Shown: positions 11,524-22,275 of the stretch, one piece after another
How positions within the stretch are numbered: position 1 is the first letter of the stretch
Layout of the letters: each line of letters starts with the position of its first letter
DNA from: Escherichia coli
GTDB lineage: Bacteria > Pseudomonadota > Gammaproteobacteria > Enterobacterales > Enterobacteriaceae
Assembly: GCF_013315695.1 (NCBI RefSeq)
Contig: NZ_CP054353.1
DNA length: 64,000 nucleotides
Direction: 5' to 3' (one strand)
Notes under the pieces: generated by a model
Told to the model about the DNA's origin: nothing
The model's database searches: none
What the model saw: the letters and a program-made list of their open reading frames with translations, nothing else
Program-made: the position numbers and the translations under genes

Positions 11524-12732
11524 TTAAAGGGAGCCATGCGCCTCACGCAACATTTTCTGCTCTGGCTGACGAATCGTCGTAGAGAGCGCCAGTGACAGAA
11601 TCAGCAGGGCGAAAATCACGTAGAAGGTCACATAGAAGCCGCCAAACAGTGAGGCGATAATCGACCCACAAATGCTGCCGATACCGAAACCGAGATAAAT
11701 CACACCGTAGTTTTTCGCCAGGTTATTGAGGCCGAAGAACTCACTGACCAGTGACGGGAACACCGTGATAGTGCCGCCAAAGTTAAATGCCACGCAGGCA
11801 ATCGCTGCAAAGAACGTCACTGCATTCAATGGTGCAAACAGCAGGGCCGCCATACCCACCAGCGATATCACCTGACCAATGGTGATAACACGGATACGGG
11901 CGATTTTGTCAGACAGAATGCCCAGCACCAGACGACCAGAAAGGTTGGCGATGGAAATAACCGTCACAGCATTGGCTGCGGAAATTGCATCAAGATGCGC
12001 CAGACTTTGAGCGATATCTTTCGCTACACCAATCACATACAGACCACTCATGCACGCAGTCAGGAACATAACCGCTAACATCCAGTACTGCGGTTTACGC
12101 ATCGACTCTGCCAGGGTGTAGTCCTTCTCCACCACACCATTGCTGGTTTTCACTTCCTGCTTCGGCGCATCTTTCATTAACGTTGCGCCAAAGACAATCA
12201 TCACCAGTACAATCGCGCCCCAAATAACAAAGGTTTTTTCCAGACCCACCGTTTCGAGCAGGTGCGTGTCGATAAATTTAAAACCCAGGCTGCCCAGACC
12301 ATAAGAACCGATAGCAAAAGCAGAGATAAGTCCCTTACGCTCCGGAAACCACTTCACGCAGTTAGAGAGCGTCAACAGGTAACCCGCACCATCCGCCAGA
12401 CCAACCAACACACCGGCGCTTAACCACAGCATCATCAGGTTGTTGGAATGTGCTGTCAGGAAGAAACCTAATCCCAGCAAAATGCCGGAAGCCATAGTGA
12501 CGCGTTTAACACCAAAACGTTCCTGCAATTTGCCCGCAACAGAAGATGAAATTGCCAGCCCCAGACTTAACAAGCCGAAAGAGAAAGCAACCTGGCTTAC
12601 AGGAGCCCCCAGCTTGGCAGAAAGCGCACCGTTAAACAGACTCCAGGTATAAACCGACCCCAGAGCAAACTGGGTAATGATAGTACCGATGAGTGTCAGC
12701 CAGCGAGTACGCTGATAATTTGAAGGTGTCAT
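11524..12732 (-). CDS. yhjX: MFS transporter YhjX (oxalate/formate antiporter family)
   Basis: ORF 11524..12777; Met at MTPSNYQRTRW gives 402 aa; 12-TM MFS topology. Confidence 0.9.
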   Translation of the reverse strand: MTPSNYQRTRWLTLIGTIITQFALGSVYTWSLFNGALSAKLGAPVSQVAFSFGLLSLGLAISSSVAGKLQERFGVKRVTMASGILLGLGFFLTAHSNNLMMLWLSAGVLVGLADGAGYLLTLSNCVKWFPERKGLISAFAIGSYGLGSLGFKFIDTHLLETVGLEKTFVIWGAIVLVMIVFGATLMKDAPKQEVKTSNGVVEKDYTLAESMRKPQYWMLAVMFLTACMSGLYVIGVAKDIAQSLAHLDAISAANAVTVISIANLSGRLVLGILSDKIARIRVITIGQVISLVGMAALLFAPLNAVTFFAAIACVAFNFGGTITVFPSLVSEFFGLNNLAKNYGVIYLGFGIGSICGSIIASLFGGFYVTFYVIFALLILSLALSTTIRQPEQKMLREAHGSL

Positions 12733-12815
12733 GGCAGTATTCCTGCAGTAATAAAAAGGAAAAATCTCTGCTGACAACCATAACGAAGTGCGCTTTATGC
12801 CTGGGGAAAAACGGC

Positions 12816-12846
12816 ATGAAATGCCATCAGAACGGAATGAAATGCA
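12816..12846 (-). promoter_or_regulatory. Probable YpdB (LytTR-type response regulator) binding site in the yhjX promoter
   Basis: Minus strand reads TGCATTTCAT-N11-GGCATTTCAT, a direct repeat matching the GGCATTTCAT-N11-GGCATTTCAT motif I recall for YpdB at yhjX. Confidence 0.6.
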
Positions 12847-12960
12847 TTAGTTCAGGAATGAATGACTCGACAATTATTCGCCAAATTTATTATTTAGTAA
12901 GTTAGTCCCCACTATCGCCACATTAGTTGTTATTTATGGGTTTCAATTGTATCTATAACG

Positions 12961-13659
12961 TTAAAATCTGGCACTAACCCCCATCGTATACAGATAGTCG
13001 CTATTGTTAGTGGTATTTTCTGCCTGAGATAGCGCCGCATAGGCAGCAATATTTTGATTGAGCAACATATCAGCGCCTACGGTGACATCCAGCCAGTTGC
13101 CGTTCTGGTTTGTCGCCGTCATCCGGCTCAGGCCTGATTGCGCCTTCCAGATATTCTCGCCAAATTGCTGGTTATAGCTGATTTGCGCCCAGGGTCGGAG
13201 ATCGCCAAGCCGGGAGTCAACACGCCAGCCTAAAGTACTCACGCTGGCATGCCATAACGGATCGGTCAGCGTGGTAGTACTGTCGCCAAACTCGTTATAC
13301 ATCGAGGTGGTTGTGCCATCGTAATGTAATGCCGCGACCGGACCGGTTGTAACCTGTTGATATAAAGGAAAATTCCACCCCATACTCATACTACTGGTGA
13401 CATCCACAGGGGTTTCTTCCGCCAGATTGACTTCCAGTCCCAGCGCCCTTTGGCTACTTTGAATACGTTGCGACAAAATATCGTTGTAATCAGGTTGATG
13501 ATCGCTATCCCAGGTGTAACGCTCTGTGGAATGTCCGGGTTGCGTATCAACGATATATTCTTGTTGCCAGGCGTAAGCTGTGTTGAGAAAAAAGGCACTG
13601 ATTACCACGCTCACCAGCAGGCTTAGCTGCCAGCGACCACCGCTTTTTTTTATGATCAT
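12961..13659 (-). CDS. yhjY: YhjY, predicted outer-membrane beta-barrel (autotransporter-like) protein
   Basis: Signal peptide and C-terminal aromatic residue typical of beta-barrel proteins; synteny. Start codon chosen at the MIIKK Met. Confidence 0.8.
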   Translation of the reverse strand: MIIKKSGGRWQLSLLVSVVISAFFLNTAYAWQQEYIVDTQPGHSTERYTWDSDHQPDYNDILSQRIQSSQRALGLEVNLAEETPVDVTSSMSMGWNFPLYQQVTTGPVAALHYDGTTTSMYNEFGDSTTTLTDPLWHASVSTLGWRVDSRLGDLRPWAQISYNQQFGENIWKAQSGLSRMTATNQNGNWLDVTVGADMLLNQNIAAYAALSQAENTTNNSDYLYTMGVSARF

Positions 13660-13816
13660 TAACACGACTCCAGGGAAGAGCCGAATTCGGCAATATTATT
13701 GTCATTGTATGAAGGATATCGGGCATAGTAGCCCTGTATTAAATATTGACTTTTTCACCGATGCGTCAAGAAAAGCGGCTGAAATTTTTACGATCGGGTA
13801 CATAGCGAGGGAAAGT

Positions 13817-14380
13817 ATGGAACGTTGCGGCTGGGTGAGTCAGGATCCGCTTTATATTGCCTACCATGATAATGAATGGGGCGTGCCTGAAACTGACAGT
13901 AAAAAACTGTTCGAAATGATCTGCCTTGAAGGGCAGCAGGCTGGATTATCGTGGATCACCGTCCTCAAAAAACGCGAAAACTATCGCGCCTGCTTTCATC
14001 AGTTCGATCCGGTGAAGGTGGCAGCAATGCAGGAAGAGGATGTCGAAAGACTGGTACAGGACGCCGGGATTATCCGCCATCGCGGGAAAATTCAGGCAAT
14101 TATTGGTAATGCGCGGGCGTACCTGCAAATGGAACAGAACGGCGAACCGTTTGCCGACTTTGTCTGGTCGTTTGTCAATCATCAACCACAGGTGACACAA
14201 GCCACAACGTTGAGCGAAATCCCTACATCTACGCCCGCCTCCGACGCTCTATCTAAAGCCCTGAAAAAGCGTGGTTTTAAGTTTGTTGGTACCACAATCT
14301 GTTACTCCTTTATGCAGGCATGTGGGCTGGTGAATGATCATGTGGTTGGCTGCTGTTGCTATCCGGGAAATAAACCATGA
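13817..14380 (+). CDS. tag: DNA-3-methyladenine glycosylase I (Tag)
   Basis: Internal Met of ORF 13580..14380 (MERCGWVSQDPLYIAYHDNEWG...) gives 187 aa with Tag-family motifs. Confidence 0.9.
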   Translation: MERCGWVSQDPLYIAYHDNEWGVPETDSKKLFEMICLEGQQAGLSWITVLKKRENYRACFHQFDPVKVAAMQEEDVERLVQDAGIIRHRGKIQAIIGNARAYLQMEQNGEPFADFVWSFVNHQPQVTQATTLSEIPTSTPASDALSKALKKRGFKFVGTTICYSFMQACGLVNDHVVGCCCYPGNKP

Positions 14381-14817
14381 TTCGGGAAGCGCAACGTTCA
14401 GAACTCCCCGCGATCCTCGAACTGTGGCTGGAAAGTACAACCTGGGGGCATCCCTTTATAAAAGCGAATTACTGGCGTGATTGCATTCCGCTGGTGCGGG
14501 ATGCGTATCTTGCCAACGCGCAAAACTGGGTCTGGGAAGAAGACGGTAAGCTTCTCGGTTTTGTCAGCATTATGGAAGGCCGATTCCTCGCAGCAATGTT
14601 TGTCGCACCGAAGGCCGTCAGACGCGGTATTGGTAAGGCGCTAATGCAGTATGTGCAGCAGCGCCATCCCCATCTGATGCTGGAGGTTTATCAAAAAAAT
14701 CAACCGGCGATAGATTTCTACCATGCGCAGGGTTTTCACATTGTCGACTGCGCATGGCAAGATGAAACCCAACTGCCCACCTGGATTATGAGCTGGCCGG
14801 TGGTTCAAACGCTGTAA
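14377..14817 (+). CDS. yiaC: GNAT-family N-acetyltransferase YiaC
   Basis: 146 aa; start overlaps the tag stop (ATGA). Confidence 0.9.
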   Translation: MIREAQRSELPAILELWLESTTWGHPFIKANYWRDCIPLVRDAYLANAQNWVWEEDGKLLGFVSIMEGRFLAAMFVAPKAVRRGIGKALMQYVQQRHPHLMLEVYQKNQPAIDFYHAQGFHIVDCAWQDETQLPTWIMSWPVVQTL

Positions 14818-17114
14818 GTGTCAGTTCCGGACCGTTGTATTTTTCCAGCCATGCCAGCGCCGTATTACCCGCACAGCCATTCCCCAGCCGCGAGCTGGGG
14901 AGATCTTTGGTCAGCACGTTCACTGCGCCGTTTTTACAAATGCCGTCAGCGGTTAAATCCAGATCTGGCCATGCGCCTTCGTGAATACAAATCACGCCAG
15001 GTTTAATTCCCTCGCTAATGACCGCGCCGGCAAGAATTTGCCCGCGTGAGTTCCACAGCCGAACAGTATCGCCATCTTGTATGCCGCGCGTCTGGGCATC
15101 GTCAGGATGAATGGTGACAGGCTCACGGTTTGCCACCGCGTACAATTCGCGCAGAGAACTGTAATTCAGCTGGCTGTGCAGACGATGTGCCGGATGAGCA
15201 GAAAGTACCTGCAACTGTTCCGGTTCGGCATTGCCCTGCCATTCGTCCGGCTCCAGCCACATTGGATGCCCCGGGCAATCCGGATAAGCGTAATCAGCAA
15301 TACGCTGCGAGAAGATTTCAATCTTGCCGCTGGCGGTTTTTAATGGATGCGCCTGCGGATCGCGGCGAAAATCGGCGAAGCGAATAAACCGCTCGCTGTC
15401 CGGGTTTTCCGGCATCTCAATTAACTGGTTGGCTTCCCATAACTCAGCAAATGGCGGCAATTCAACCTGCTGGCTTGCCCCGCGCTGCCGGGCAACGTTA
15501 TAAAACGTTTCCAGCCATTGCAGCTCACTTTTTCCTTCCGTAAACCGCGCATAGCCGCCCTTCTCCCAACGTTCACTCAACTCGGCAAAGACATCAAAAT
15601 CATTACGCGCTTCATAACGTGGAGGCACCACTTGCTTCATCGGCACCAGATGCTGATTACTGTAATCGCCGGTCATGGTGAGATCATTACGCTCAAACGA
15701 AGTGGTCGCAGGCAGAACGATATCCGCGTGTTTCGCCGCAGCCGTCCAGAAGCATTCAGAGATCACCACCAGCTCCGGTTTTTGCCAGGCACGGATCAGG
15801 CGATTGGTATCCTGATGATGAGTAAAGTTGGCACCGCCCGCCCACCAGATAAAACGAATATCCGGGAAATGTCGGTCCATACCGTTATGTTGATATGCGC
15901 CACCAGGGTTTTCCAGTGCTTCAACAATGCGGGCGACAGGGATTTTATCTACCGCATCGGTGCCACCCGGCAAGCTGCCCTGCATGGAAGAGAGCACCGC
16001 AGCGCGTGGGGTTACCACCATTGGCAAAATGGTAAGAAAGACCAAAACCGCCGCCGGGTGTGCCGATTTGCCCCAACATTGCCGCCAGCGTGACGATCAT
16101 CCAGTGCTTTTGCTCGCCAAACTGTTGACGTTGCATTCCCCAGCCAGCCATCAGCATGGTGGTATTTTGATGGAAAAGAGCCGCCAGTTCGCGGATTTTC
16201 GCTGCGCCAACACCACAAATCTCTGCCGCCCATTCGGCGTTTTTCGCTATACCGTCACTCTCGCCCAGCAAATAAGAGGCGAAGACGGCATAACCTGTGG
16301 TGCAACGCGCCAGAAACGCTTCGTCGTGCCAACCATTTTCCACCAGCGTATGGGCGATCCCCAGCATCAACGCAACATCGGTGCCCATGTGCGGAGCCAC
16401 CCATTCCATTTTATCGCCAAAGAAATCGACGGTTTCCGATCGCATTGGATCAATGCAGATCAGCTTTTTCCCGCTGTCACGCAGTGCGGAAAAGTAAGAA
16501 AGCCCCTGCTCATCGGATGCATTCCACGCAATTTTCAGCGTATTGAGTGGGTTAGCACTCCACAGCACCACGACATCGCTATGTTCCAGCACCAGCGGCC
16601 AACTGGTTTGCTGTTGATAAACTTCGCTGCCCCCCACGACATACGGCATGATCGCCTGTGCCGCGCCGGTCGAATAATCCCCCAGATGCCCAGTATAACC
16701 GCCTGCCAGCGCCATATAGCGTTGTAATAATGTCGAGGCCTTATGCAGCACGCCGTTTGAACGCCAGCCGTAGGAACCCGCAAAAATCGATGCCGGACCA
16801 TAAGCCTCACGAATGCGTTTATGTTGATGGTGAATAAGCTCCAGCACCTCATCCCAACTCACGCGAACAAATTCATCCTGCCCACGAATGCCTTGCGGAT
16901 TTTCCGGTGACGCAAGAAAGCCTTTGCGCACCATTGGAAATCGCACCCGCGTATTGCTGTGAACCTGGTCGCGAACCGCGCTCTGCAAGGAGTTTTCCAT
17001 TCCTGTGGCTAACGCGCCACGCGAGCTAAACACGGTTTCGCCGTCGGTTTCAACCAGCATAGGCCCCCAGTGGGCGGCAGTCAGAACGGAATATCGTGAG
17101 GATGAGTTGGCCAA
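14786..17114 (-). pseudogene. bisC: Biotin sulfoxide reductase BisC, reading frame disrupted near 16001-16008
   Basis: Two overlapping ORFs (15945..17114 N-terminal part, 14786..16045 C-terminal part) together cover a molybdopterin oxidoreductase; total span 2329 nt is not a multiple of 3. Confidence 0.7.
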
Positions 17115-17266
17115 ACCGAAGACTCCTGAAAGGTTAGATGTATTGAGCAGTTAAATATTACTTACAAATTTCCGAGTATTCCCAGGAATAATCTTCATGT
17201 TCACGCGGCATAATCTCCCGCCACGGAACCCGTGGCAAAGAATAAAAAGGTTATTAAGGATTAACA

Positions 17267-17926
17267 ATGAAGAAACGTGTTTATCTTATTGCCGCCGTAG
17301 TGAGTGGCGCTCTGGCGGTATCTGGCTGTACAACTAACCCTTACACCGGCGAACGCGAAGCAGGTAAATCTGCTATCGGCGCAGGTCTGGGCTCTCTCGT
17401 TGGCGCGGGTATTGGTGCGCTCTCTTCTTCGAAGAAAGATCGCGGTAAAGGCGCGCTCATTGGCGCAGCAGCAGGCGCAGCTCTGGGCGGCGGCGTTGGT
17501 TATTACATGGATGTGCAGGAAGCGAAGCTGCGTGACAAAATGCGCGGCACTGGTGTTAGCGTAACCCGCAGCGGGGATAACATTATCCTCAATATGCCGA
17601 ACAATGTGACCTTCGACAGCAGCAGCGCAACCCTGAAACCGGCGGGCGCTAACACCCTGACCGGCGTGGCAATGGTACTGAAAGAGTATCCGAAAACGGC
17701 GGTTAACGTGATTGGTTATACCGACAGCACGGGGGGGCACGACCTGAACATGCGTCTCTCCCAGCAGCGTGCGGATTCCGTTGCCAGCGCGTTGATCACC
17801 CAGGGCGTGGACGCCAGCCGCATCCGTACTCAAGGCCTTGGCCCGGCTAACCCAATCGCCAGCAACAGCACCGCAGAAGGTAAGGCGCAAAACCGCCGTG
17901 TAGAAATTACCTTAAGCCCACTGTAA
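17267..17926 (+). CDS. yiaD: OmpA-family lipoprotein YiaD
   Basis: 219 aa, lipobox LAVSGC, glycine-zipper region and OmpA C-terminal domain. Confidence 0.95.
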   Translation: MKKRVYLIAAVVSGALAVSGCTTNPYTGEREAGKSAIGAGLGSLVGAGIGALSSSKKDRGKGALIGAAAGAALGGGVGYYMDVQEAKLRDKMRGTGVSVTRSGDNIILNMPNNVTFDSSSATLKPAGANTLTGVAMVLKEYPKTAVNVIGYTDSTGGHDLNMRLSQQRADSVASALITQGVDASRIRTQGLGPANPIASNSTAEGKAQNRRVEITLSPL

Positions 17927-18029
17927 TCCCTTTCATGTCAGGTGATACAGAAATCACCTGGCATTCTTCAGTTTTCCTTCATCATATTTCAGGCTAAGGT
18001 GATCGCCTTATCAGTGAATGGAGAGAAGC

Positions 18030-19004
18030 ATGAAGCCGTCCGTTATCCTCTACAAAGCCTTACCTGATGATTTACTGCAACGCCTGCAAGAACATTTCAC
18101 CGTTCACCAGGTGGCAAACCTCAGCCCACAAACCGTCGAACAAAATGCAGCAATTTTTGCCGAAGCTGAAGGCTTGCTGGGTTCAAATGAGAATGTTGAT
18201 GCCGCATTGCTGGAAAAAATGCCGAAACTGCGTGCCACATCAACGATCTCCGTCGGCTATGACAATTTTGATGTCGATGCGCTTACCGCCCGAAAAATTC
18301 TGCTGATGCACACACCAACCGTATTAACAGAAACCGTCGCCGATACGCTGATGGCGCTGGTGTTGTCTACCGCTCGTCGGGTTGTGGAGGTAGCAGAACG
18401 GGTAAAAGCAGGCGAATGGACCGCGAGCATAGGCCCGGACTGGTACGGCACTGACGTTCACCATAAAACACTGGGCATTGTCGGGATGGGACGGATCGGC
18501 ATGGCGCTGGCACAACGTGCGCACTTTGGCTTCAACATGCCCATCCTCTATAACGCACGTCGCCACCATAAAGAAGCAGAAGAACGCTTCAACGCCCGCT
18601 ACTGCGATTTGGATACACTGTTACAAGAGTCAGATTTCGTTTGCCTGATCCTGCCGTTAACTGATGAAACGCATCATCTGTTTGGCGCAGAACAATTCGC
18701 CAAAATGAAATCCTCCGCTATTTTCATTAATGCCGGACGTGGCCCGGTGGTTGATGAAAATGCACTGATTGCTGCATTGCAGAAAGGGGAAATTCACGCC
18801 GCCGGGCTGGATGTCTTCGAACAAGAGCCACTGTCTGTAGATTCGCCGTTGCTCTCAATGGCCAACGTCGTCGCAGTACCGCATATTGGATCTGCCACCC
18901 ATGAGACGCGTTATGGCATGGCCGCCTGTGCCGTGGATAATTTGATTGATGCGTTACAAGGAAAGGTTGAGAAGAACTGTGTGAATCCGCACGTCGCGGA
19001 CTAA
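18030..19004 (+). CDS. ghrB: Glyoxylate/hydroxypyruvate reductase B (2-ketoaldonate reductase)
   Basis: D-isomer 2-hydroxyacid dehydrogenase with GxGxxG NAD motif; 324 aa from MKPSVILYK. Confidence 0.9.
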   Translation: MKPSVILYKALPDDLLQRLQEHFTVHQVANLSPQTVEQNAAIFAEAEGLLGSNENVDAALLEKMPKLRATSTISVGYDNFDVDALTARKILLMHTPTVLTETVADTLMALVLSTARRVVEVAERVKAGEWTASIGPDWYGTDVHHKTLGIVGMGRIGMALAQRAHFGFNMPILYNARRHHKEAEERFNARYCDLDTLLQESDFVCLILPLTDETHHLFGAEQFAKMKSSAIFINAGRGPVVDENALIAALQKGEIHAAGLDVFEQEPLSVDSPLLSMANVVAVPHIGSATHETRYGMAACAVDNLIDALQGKVEKNCVNPHVAD

Positions 19005-19022
19005 GCCGCGACTGCGTGGAGT

Positions 19023-19050
19023 AAAGCCCGATAATCGCTCGGGCTTTTAC
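19023..19050. terminator. Bidirectional terminator between convergent ghrB and yiaF
   Basis: Hairpin aaagcccg-N9-cgggcttt flanked by T-rich (plus) and A-rich (minus) tracts. Confidence 0.6.
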
Positions 19051-19053
19051 TCT

Positions 19054-19764
19054 TTATTGGGTTGCAGTAACTGCTGTAGTCCAGGCCTGATTAAACGCCT
19101 GATGCTGTGCCGGTAATGGCGCAATCAGTTTGTTATATTCACTTGCCTGCTGTGACGTCGGGAACTGGATGCCATTTGCGACAAAGCTCACCTGAGTACC
19201 TTGCTGAGCAATGTAGTCTCCAACCATCACCAGTTGTTGCGTGAAAGTTTGTGCCGCCGGAATCAACGGTTGCAATGCATCAGCTGGCGTCGTTACCACT
19301 TTGGTGAATGCCTGATCGAAAACCGGTTTCAGGTCATCGCTCTGTTTTAGCGCAGAGTGTGCAGCATCGGCCTGCAACTTCGCATTTTGCAGCTGTTGCG
19401 CCAGCACACCCAGAGAACCGTTCATTTCACGCAGTGGGCCGCTTTGCGTAACGTAATCCTGCGGTACGCGAATTGCGTTAACGCTGTCTACAACCGGGCG
19501 CAGACCGGAATCCATCGCCTGATTCACCTGCTGAGAATAACCATACAGAATCGCGTAATCAGAGACAAAAGGACCAAACTGTTTTTTCTGATCGGCAGTC
19601 AGGGTTGGTAGACGTTCACCGCTACGCATCACTGTATTCTGCAGGAAGTCGATAAACGCTTTACGCTGATCGCCTTCTTTATCAAAACACCCACTCAGGC
19701 TAACTACCATTAATAACGCCGCAAGAGGCGCAAACCAGCGAGAGCAGGACTTTCCTGTCGCCAT
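19054..19764 (-). CDS. yiaF: Lipoprotein YiaF (DUF3053)
   Basis: 236 aa from MATGKSCSRW; lipobox LSGC. Confidence 0.9.
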   Translation of the reverse strand: MATGKSCSRWFAPLAALLMVVSLSGCFDKEGDQRKAFIDFLQNTVMRSGERLPTLTADQKKQFGPFVSDYAILYGYSQQVNQAMDSGLRPVVDSVNAIRVPQDYVTQSGPLREMNGSLGVLAQQLQNAKLQADAAHSALKQSDDLKPVFDQAFTKVVTTPADALQPLIPAAQTFTQQLVMVGDYIAQQGTQVSFVANGIQFPTSQQASEYNKLIAPLPAQHQAFNQAWTTAVTATQ

Positions 19765-20197
19765 TTTCTTACTCCTTTCACCCAAAAAAAGCGCACAACG
19801 ACACACGCGTGTCTGACGTGACAAGGATAGTCCAGGACAGGCTTGCAGGATACCCTTTCTACGTAATCTTCCTGGTAAAATCATGGAGAAAATGAAACAA
19901 GGTTAATTTGTTGTTTCATTGTTAAAAAATGATAGTGCCGTTGCTTTTTTTGTAGCCAGAGATTTACGCCTTCTCAGAACGTTAGATTTTCGAAATCTTT
20001 ACAAACCGGGAGTGGTAAGAGATATATCGGCATTTATCAGATCGTTAGGTGGCTATAAGTCACGCTAAATGACTGGCTGAATCGAATCATAGCCAGAGCA
20101 TGCCCTGACTACACCCCGCTGTGTCTGTTTTTCCCGACTATTCTTAATGAGCTTCGATGCAATTCACGATCCCGCAGTGTGATTTGAGGAGTTTTCA

Positions 20198-20488
20198 ATG
20201 GAATATAAAGATCCAATGCATGAGCTGTTGAGCAGCCTGGAACAGATTGTTTTTAAAGATGAAACGCAGAAAATTACCCTGACGCACAGAACAACGTCCT
20301 GTACCGAAATTGAGCAGTTACGAAAAGAGACAGGGTTAAAAATCGATGATTTCGCCCGGGTTTTGGGCGTATCAGTCGCCATGGTAAAGGAATGGGAATC
20401 CAGACGCGTGAAGCCTTCAAGTGCCGAACTAAAATTGATGCGTTTGATTCAAGCCAACCCGGCATTAAGTAAGCAGTTGATGGAATAG
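20198..20488 (+). CDS. yiaG: HTH-type (XRE-like) transcriptional regulator YiaG
   Basis: 96 aa with helix-turn-helix region; synteny. Confidence 0.9.
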   Translation: MEYKDPMHELLSSLEQIVFKDETQKITLTHRTTSCTEIEQLRKETGLKIDDFARVLGVSVAMVKEWESRRVKPSSAELKLMRLIQANPALSKQLME

Positions 20489-20572
20489 ACTTTTATCCAC
20501 TTTATTGCTGTTTACGGTCCTGATGACAGGACCGTTTTCCAACCGATTAATCATAAATATGAAAAATAATTG

Positions 20573-20768
20573 TTGCATCACCCGCCAATGCGTGGCTTAA
20601 TGCACATCAACGGTTTGACGTACAGACCATTAAAGCAGTGTAGTAAGGCAAGTCCCTTCAAGAGTTATCGTTGATACCCCTCGTAGTGCACATTCCTTTA
20701 ACGCTTCAAAATCTGTAAAGCACGCCATATCGCCGAAAGGCACACTTAATTATTAAAGGTAATACACT
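20573..20768 (+). promoter_or_regulatory. cspA promoter (-35 TTGCAT 20573-20578, -10 CTTAAT 20596-20601) and 159-nt 5' UTR with cold-box region
   Basis: Hexamers with 17-bp spacing; predicted TSS near 20610 gives a 159-nt leader, matching the known long cspA leader; AT-rich UP-like element upstream. Confidence 0.75.
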
Positions 20769-20981
20769 ATGTCCGGTAAAATGACTGGTATCGTAAAATG
20801 GTTCAACGCTGACAAAGGCTTCGGCTTCATCACTCCTGACGATGGCTCTAAAGACGTGTTCGTACACTTCTCTGCTATCCAGAACGATGGTTACAAATCT
20901 CTGGACGAAGGTCAGAAAGTGTCCTTCACCATCGAAAGCGGCGCTAAAGGCCCGGCAGCTGGTAACGTAACCAGCCTGTAA
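20769..20981 (+). CDS. cspA: Major cold-shock protein CspA
   Basis: 70 aa, [21 protein letters not shown]..., with RNP1/RNP2 motifs. Confidence 0.98.
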
Positions 20982-21009
20982 TCTCTGCTTAAAAGCACAG
21001 AATCTAAGA

Positions 21010-21038
21010 TCCCTGCCAAATGGCGGGGATTTTTTTAT
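21010..21038 (+). terminator. cspA rho-independent terminator
   Basis: Hairpin ccctgcc-aaat-ggcgggg followed by a T7 run. Confidence 0.85.
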
Positions 21039-21169
21039 TTGTTTATTCAGGAAATAAATAATCGTTCGCGTAATAAAATCTATTATTATTTTTGTGAAGA
21101 ATAAATTTGGGTGCAATGAGAATGCGCAACGCCGTAAGAAAGGCGGGAATAACTTCCCGCCGAAGACGC

Positions 21170-21322
21170 TTACTCTTTCAATTTGCAGGCTAAAAACGCC
21201 GCCAGCTCATAACTCCCCTGTTTAATATGCAATTCACACAGTGAATCTCTTATCATCCAGGTGAAAAATAAAAGCGTGAAACAAATCACTATTAAAGAAA
21301 GTAATCTATATTTCTGCGGCAT
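21170..21322 (-). CDS. hokA: Hok-family type I toxin HokA (50 aa)
   Basis: MPQKYRLLSLIVICFTLLFFTWMIRDSLCELHIKQGSYELAAFLACKLKE, a Hok/Gef family membrane peptide. Confidence 0.85.
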   Translation of the reverse strand: MPQKYRLLSLIVICFTLLFFTWMIRDSLCELHIKQGSYELAAFLACKLKE

Positions 21323-21382
21323 TCCCAGCCTCCTGTGTTGATTTCCAACGAGTAAGAGGCTAACCTTATGGTGTTCAGGCAT
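21170..21382 (-). CDS. mokA: Mok-like in-frame N-terminally extended reading frame overlapping hokA
   Basis: 70-codon ORF in frame with hokA, as in mok/hok pairs; its upstream region is interrupted by IS150 within about 16 bp. Confidence 0.45.
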   Translation of the reverse strand: MPEHHKVSLLLVGNQHRRLGMPQKYRLLSLIVICFTLLFFTWMIRDSLCELHIKQGSYELAAFLACKLKE

Positions 21383-21423
21383 AGGGTAGCCTCACTTTGT
21401 ACTGACCCCAGAAAGTTGGACAG

Positions 21424-22275
21424 TTAAACACGAGGCATATAGGTCTGATTCCGATATTCAATTGGAGTCAGACCTTTTAATTTCAGGCTAATTCTTCTGC
21501 TGTTGTAGTATTCAATATATTCCGTAACAGCATCCTTCAGCTCGCTTATATTACTGAACTCATCAAGATAAAAACACTCCGACTTTAAGGTTCCAAAGAA
21601 ACACTCCACCACAGCATTATCCAGACAATTGCCTTTTCTGGACATGCTTTGTTTAATACCATGTTCTTTAAGGATATTTTGATATCTTCTCATACGATAC
21701 TGCCATCCCTGGTCAGAGTGCAGAACAGGATGCTCGTGAGGATTAAGCTTTTTGAATGCCTGATCGAGCATATTCTCGACCATGTTCATCACTGGTCTTT
21801 CCGAAAGGCTGTAAGAAATAACTTCGTTGTTGAAGAGATCTATTACTGGAGACAAATACAGCTTGCGCCCATTGACTGCAAATTCAGTAACATCGGTAAC
21901 CCACTTCTCGTTTGGCCGCGTAGCCTTGAAATCTCTTTGGAGAACATTGGGGGCGGTTTGCCCTACCTCTCCTCTGTAAGAGCGGTATCGCTTGACCTTA
22001 ATCGCTGCCTTCAGTGAGAGGATTCCCATCAGGCGCTGAACAGCTTTATGGTTAATCTGTTTCCCTTCTCGATGAAGAGACAGCGTTACCCTACGGTATC
22101 CGTATCGGCCTCTATTCTCATGATAAATCTCACCAATACGCTTTTTAACGTCCGCATACTTGTCAGGCTTGCTGAGAGCCTTTAGATGGTAATAAAACGT
22201 ACTGCGCGGTATCTCCGCAGCCCTGAGAAGCTCATCAAGAGGATAAAACTGCCTTAGCTCGTTGAGTACTTTCAC
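21424..22275 (-). CDS. insK: IS150 OrfB (InsK), DDE transposase catalytic domain
   Basis: 283 aa rve-type integrase core; expected to be expressed as an OrfAB fusion by -1 frameshifting. Confidence 0.95.
   Translation of the reverse strand: MKVLNELRQFYPLDELLRAAEIPRSTFYYHLKALSKPDKYADVKKRIGEIYHENRGRYGYRRVTLSLHREGKQINHKAVQRLMGILSLKAAIKVKRYRSYRGEVGQTAPNVLQRDFKATRPNEKWVTDVTEFAVNGRKLYLSPVIDLFNNEVISYSLSERPVMNMVENMLDQAFKKLNPHEHPVLHSDQGWQYRMRRYQNILKEHGIKQSMSRKGNCLDNAVVECFFGTLKSECFYLDEFSNISELKDAVTEYIEYYNSRRISLKLKGLTPIEYRNQTYMPRV

Noticed and set aside
15518-16727. Overlapping plus-strand ORFs (191 and 266 aa) within bisC
   Set aside because: Antisense to the molybdoenzyme coding sequence, with no ribosome-binding site or recognisable domain.
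17261-17890. 209-aa minus-strand ORF overlapping yiaD
   Set aside because: Mirror frame of yiaD; yiaD has the clear lipoprotein signal and OmpA domain.
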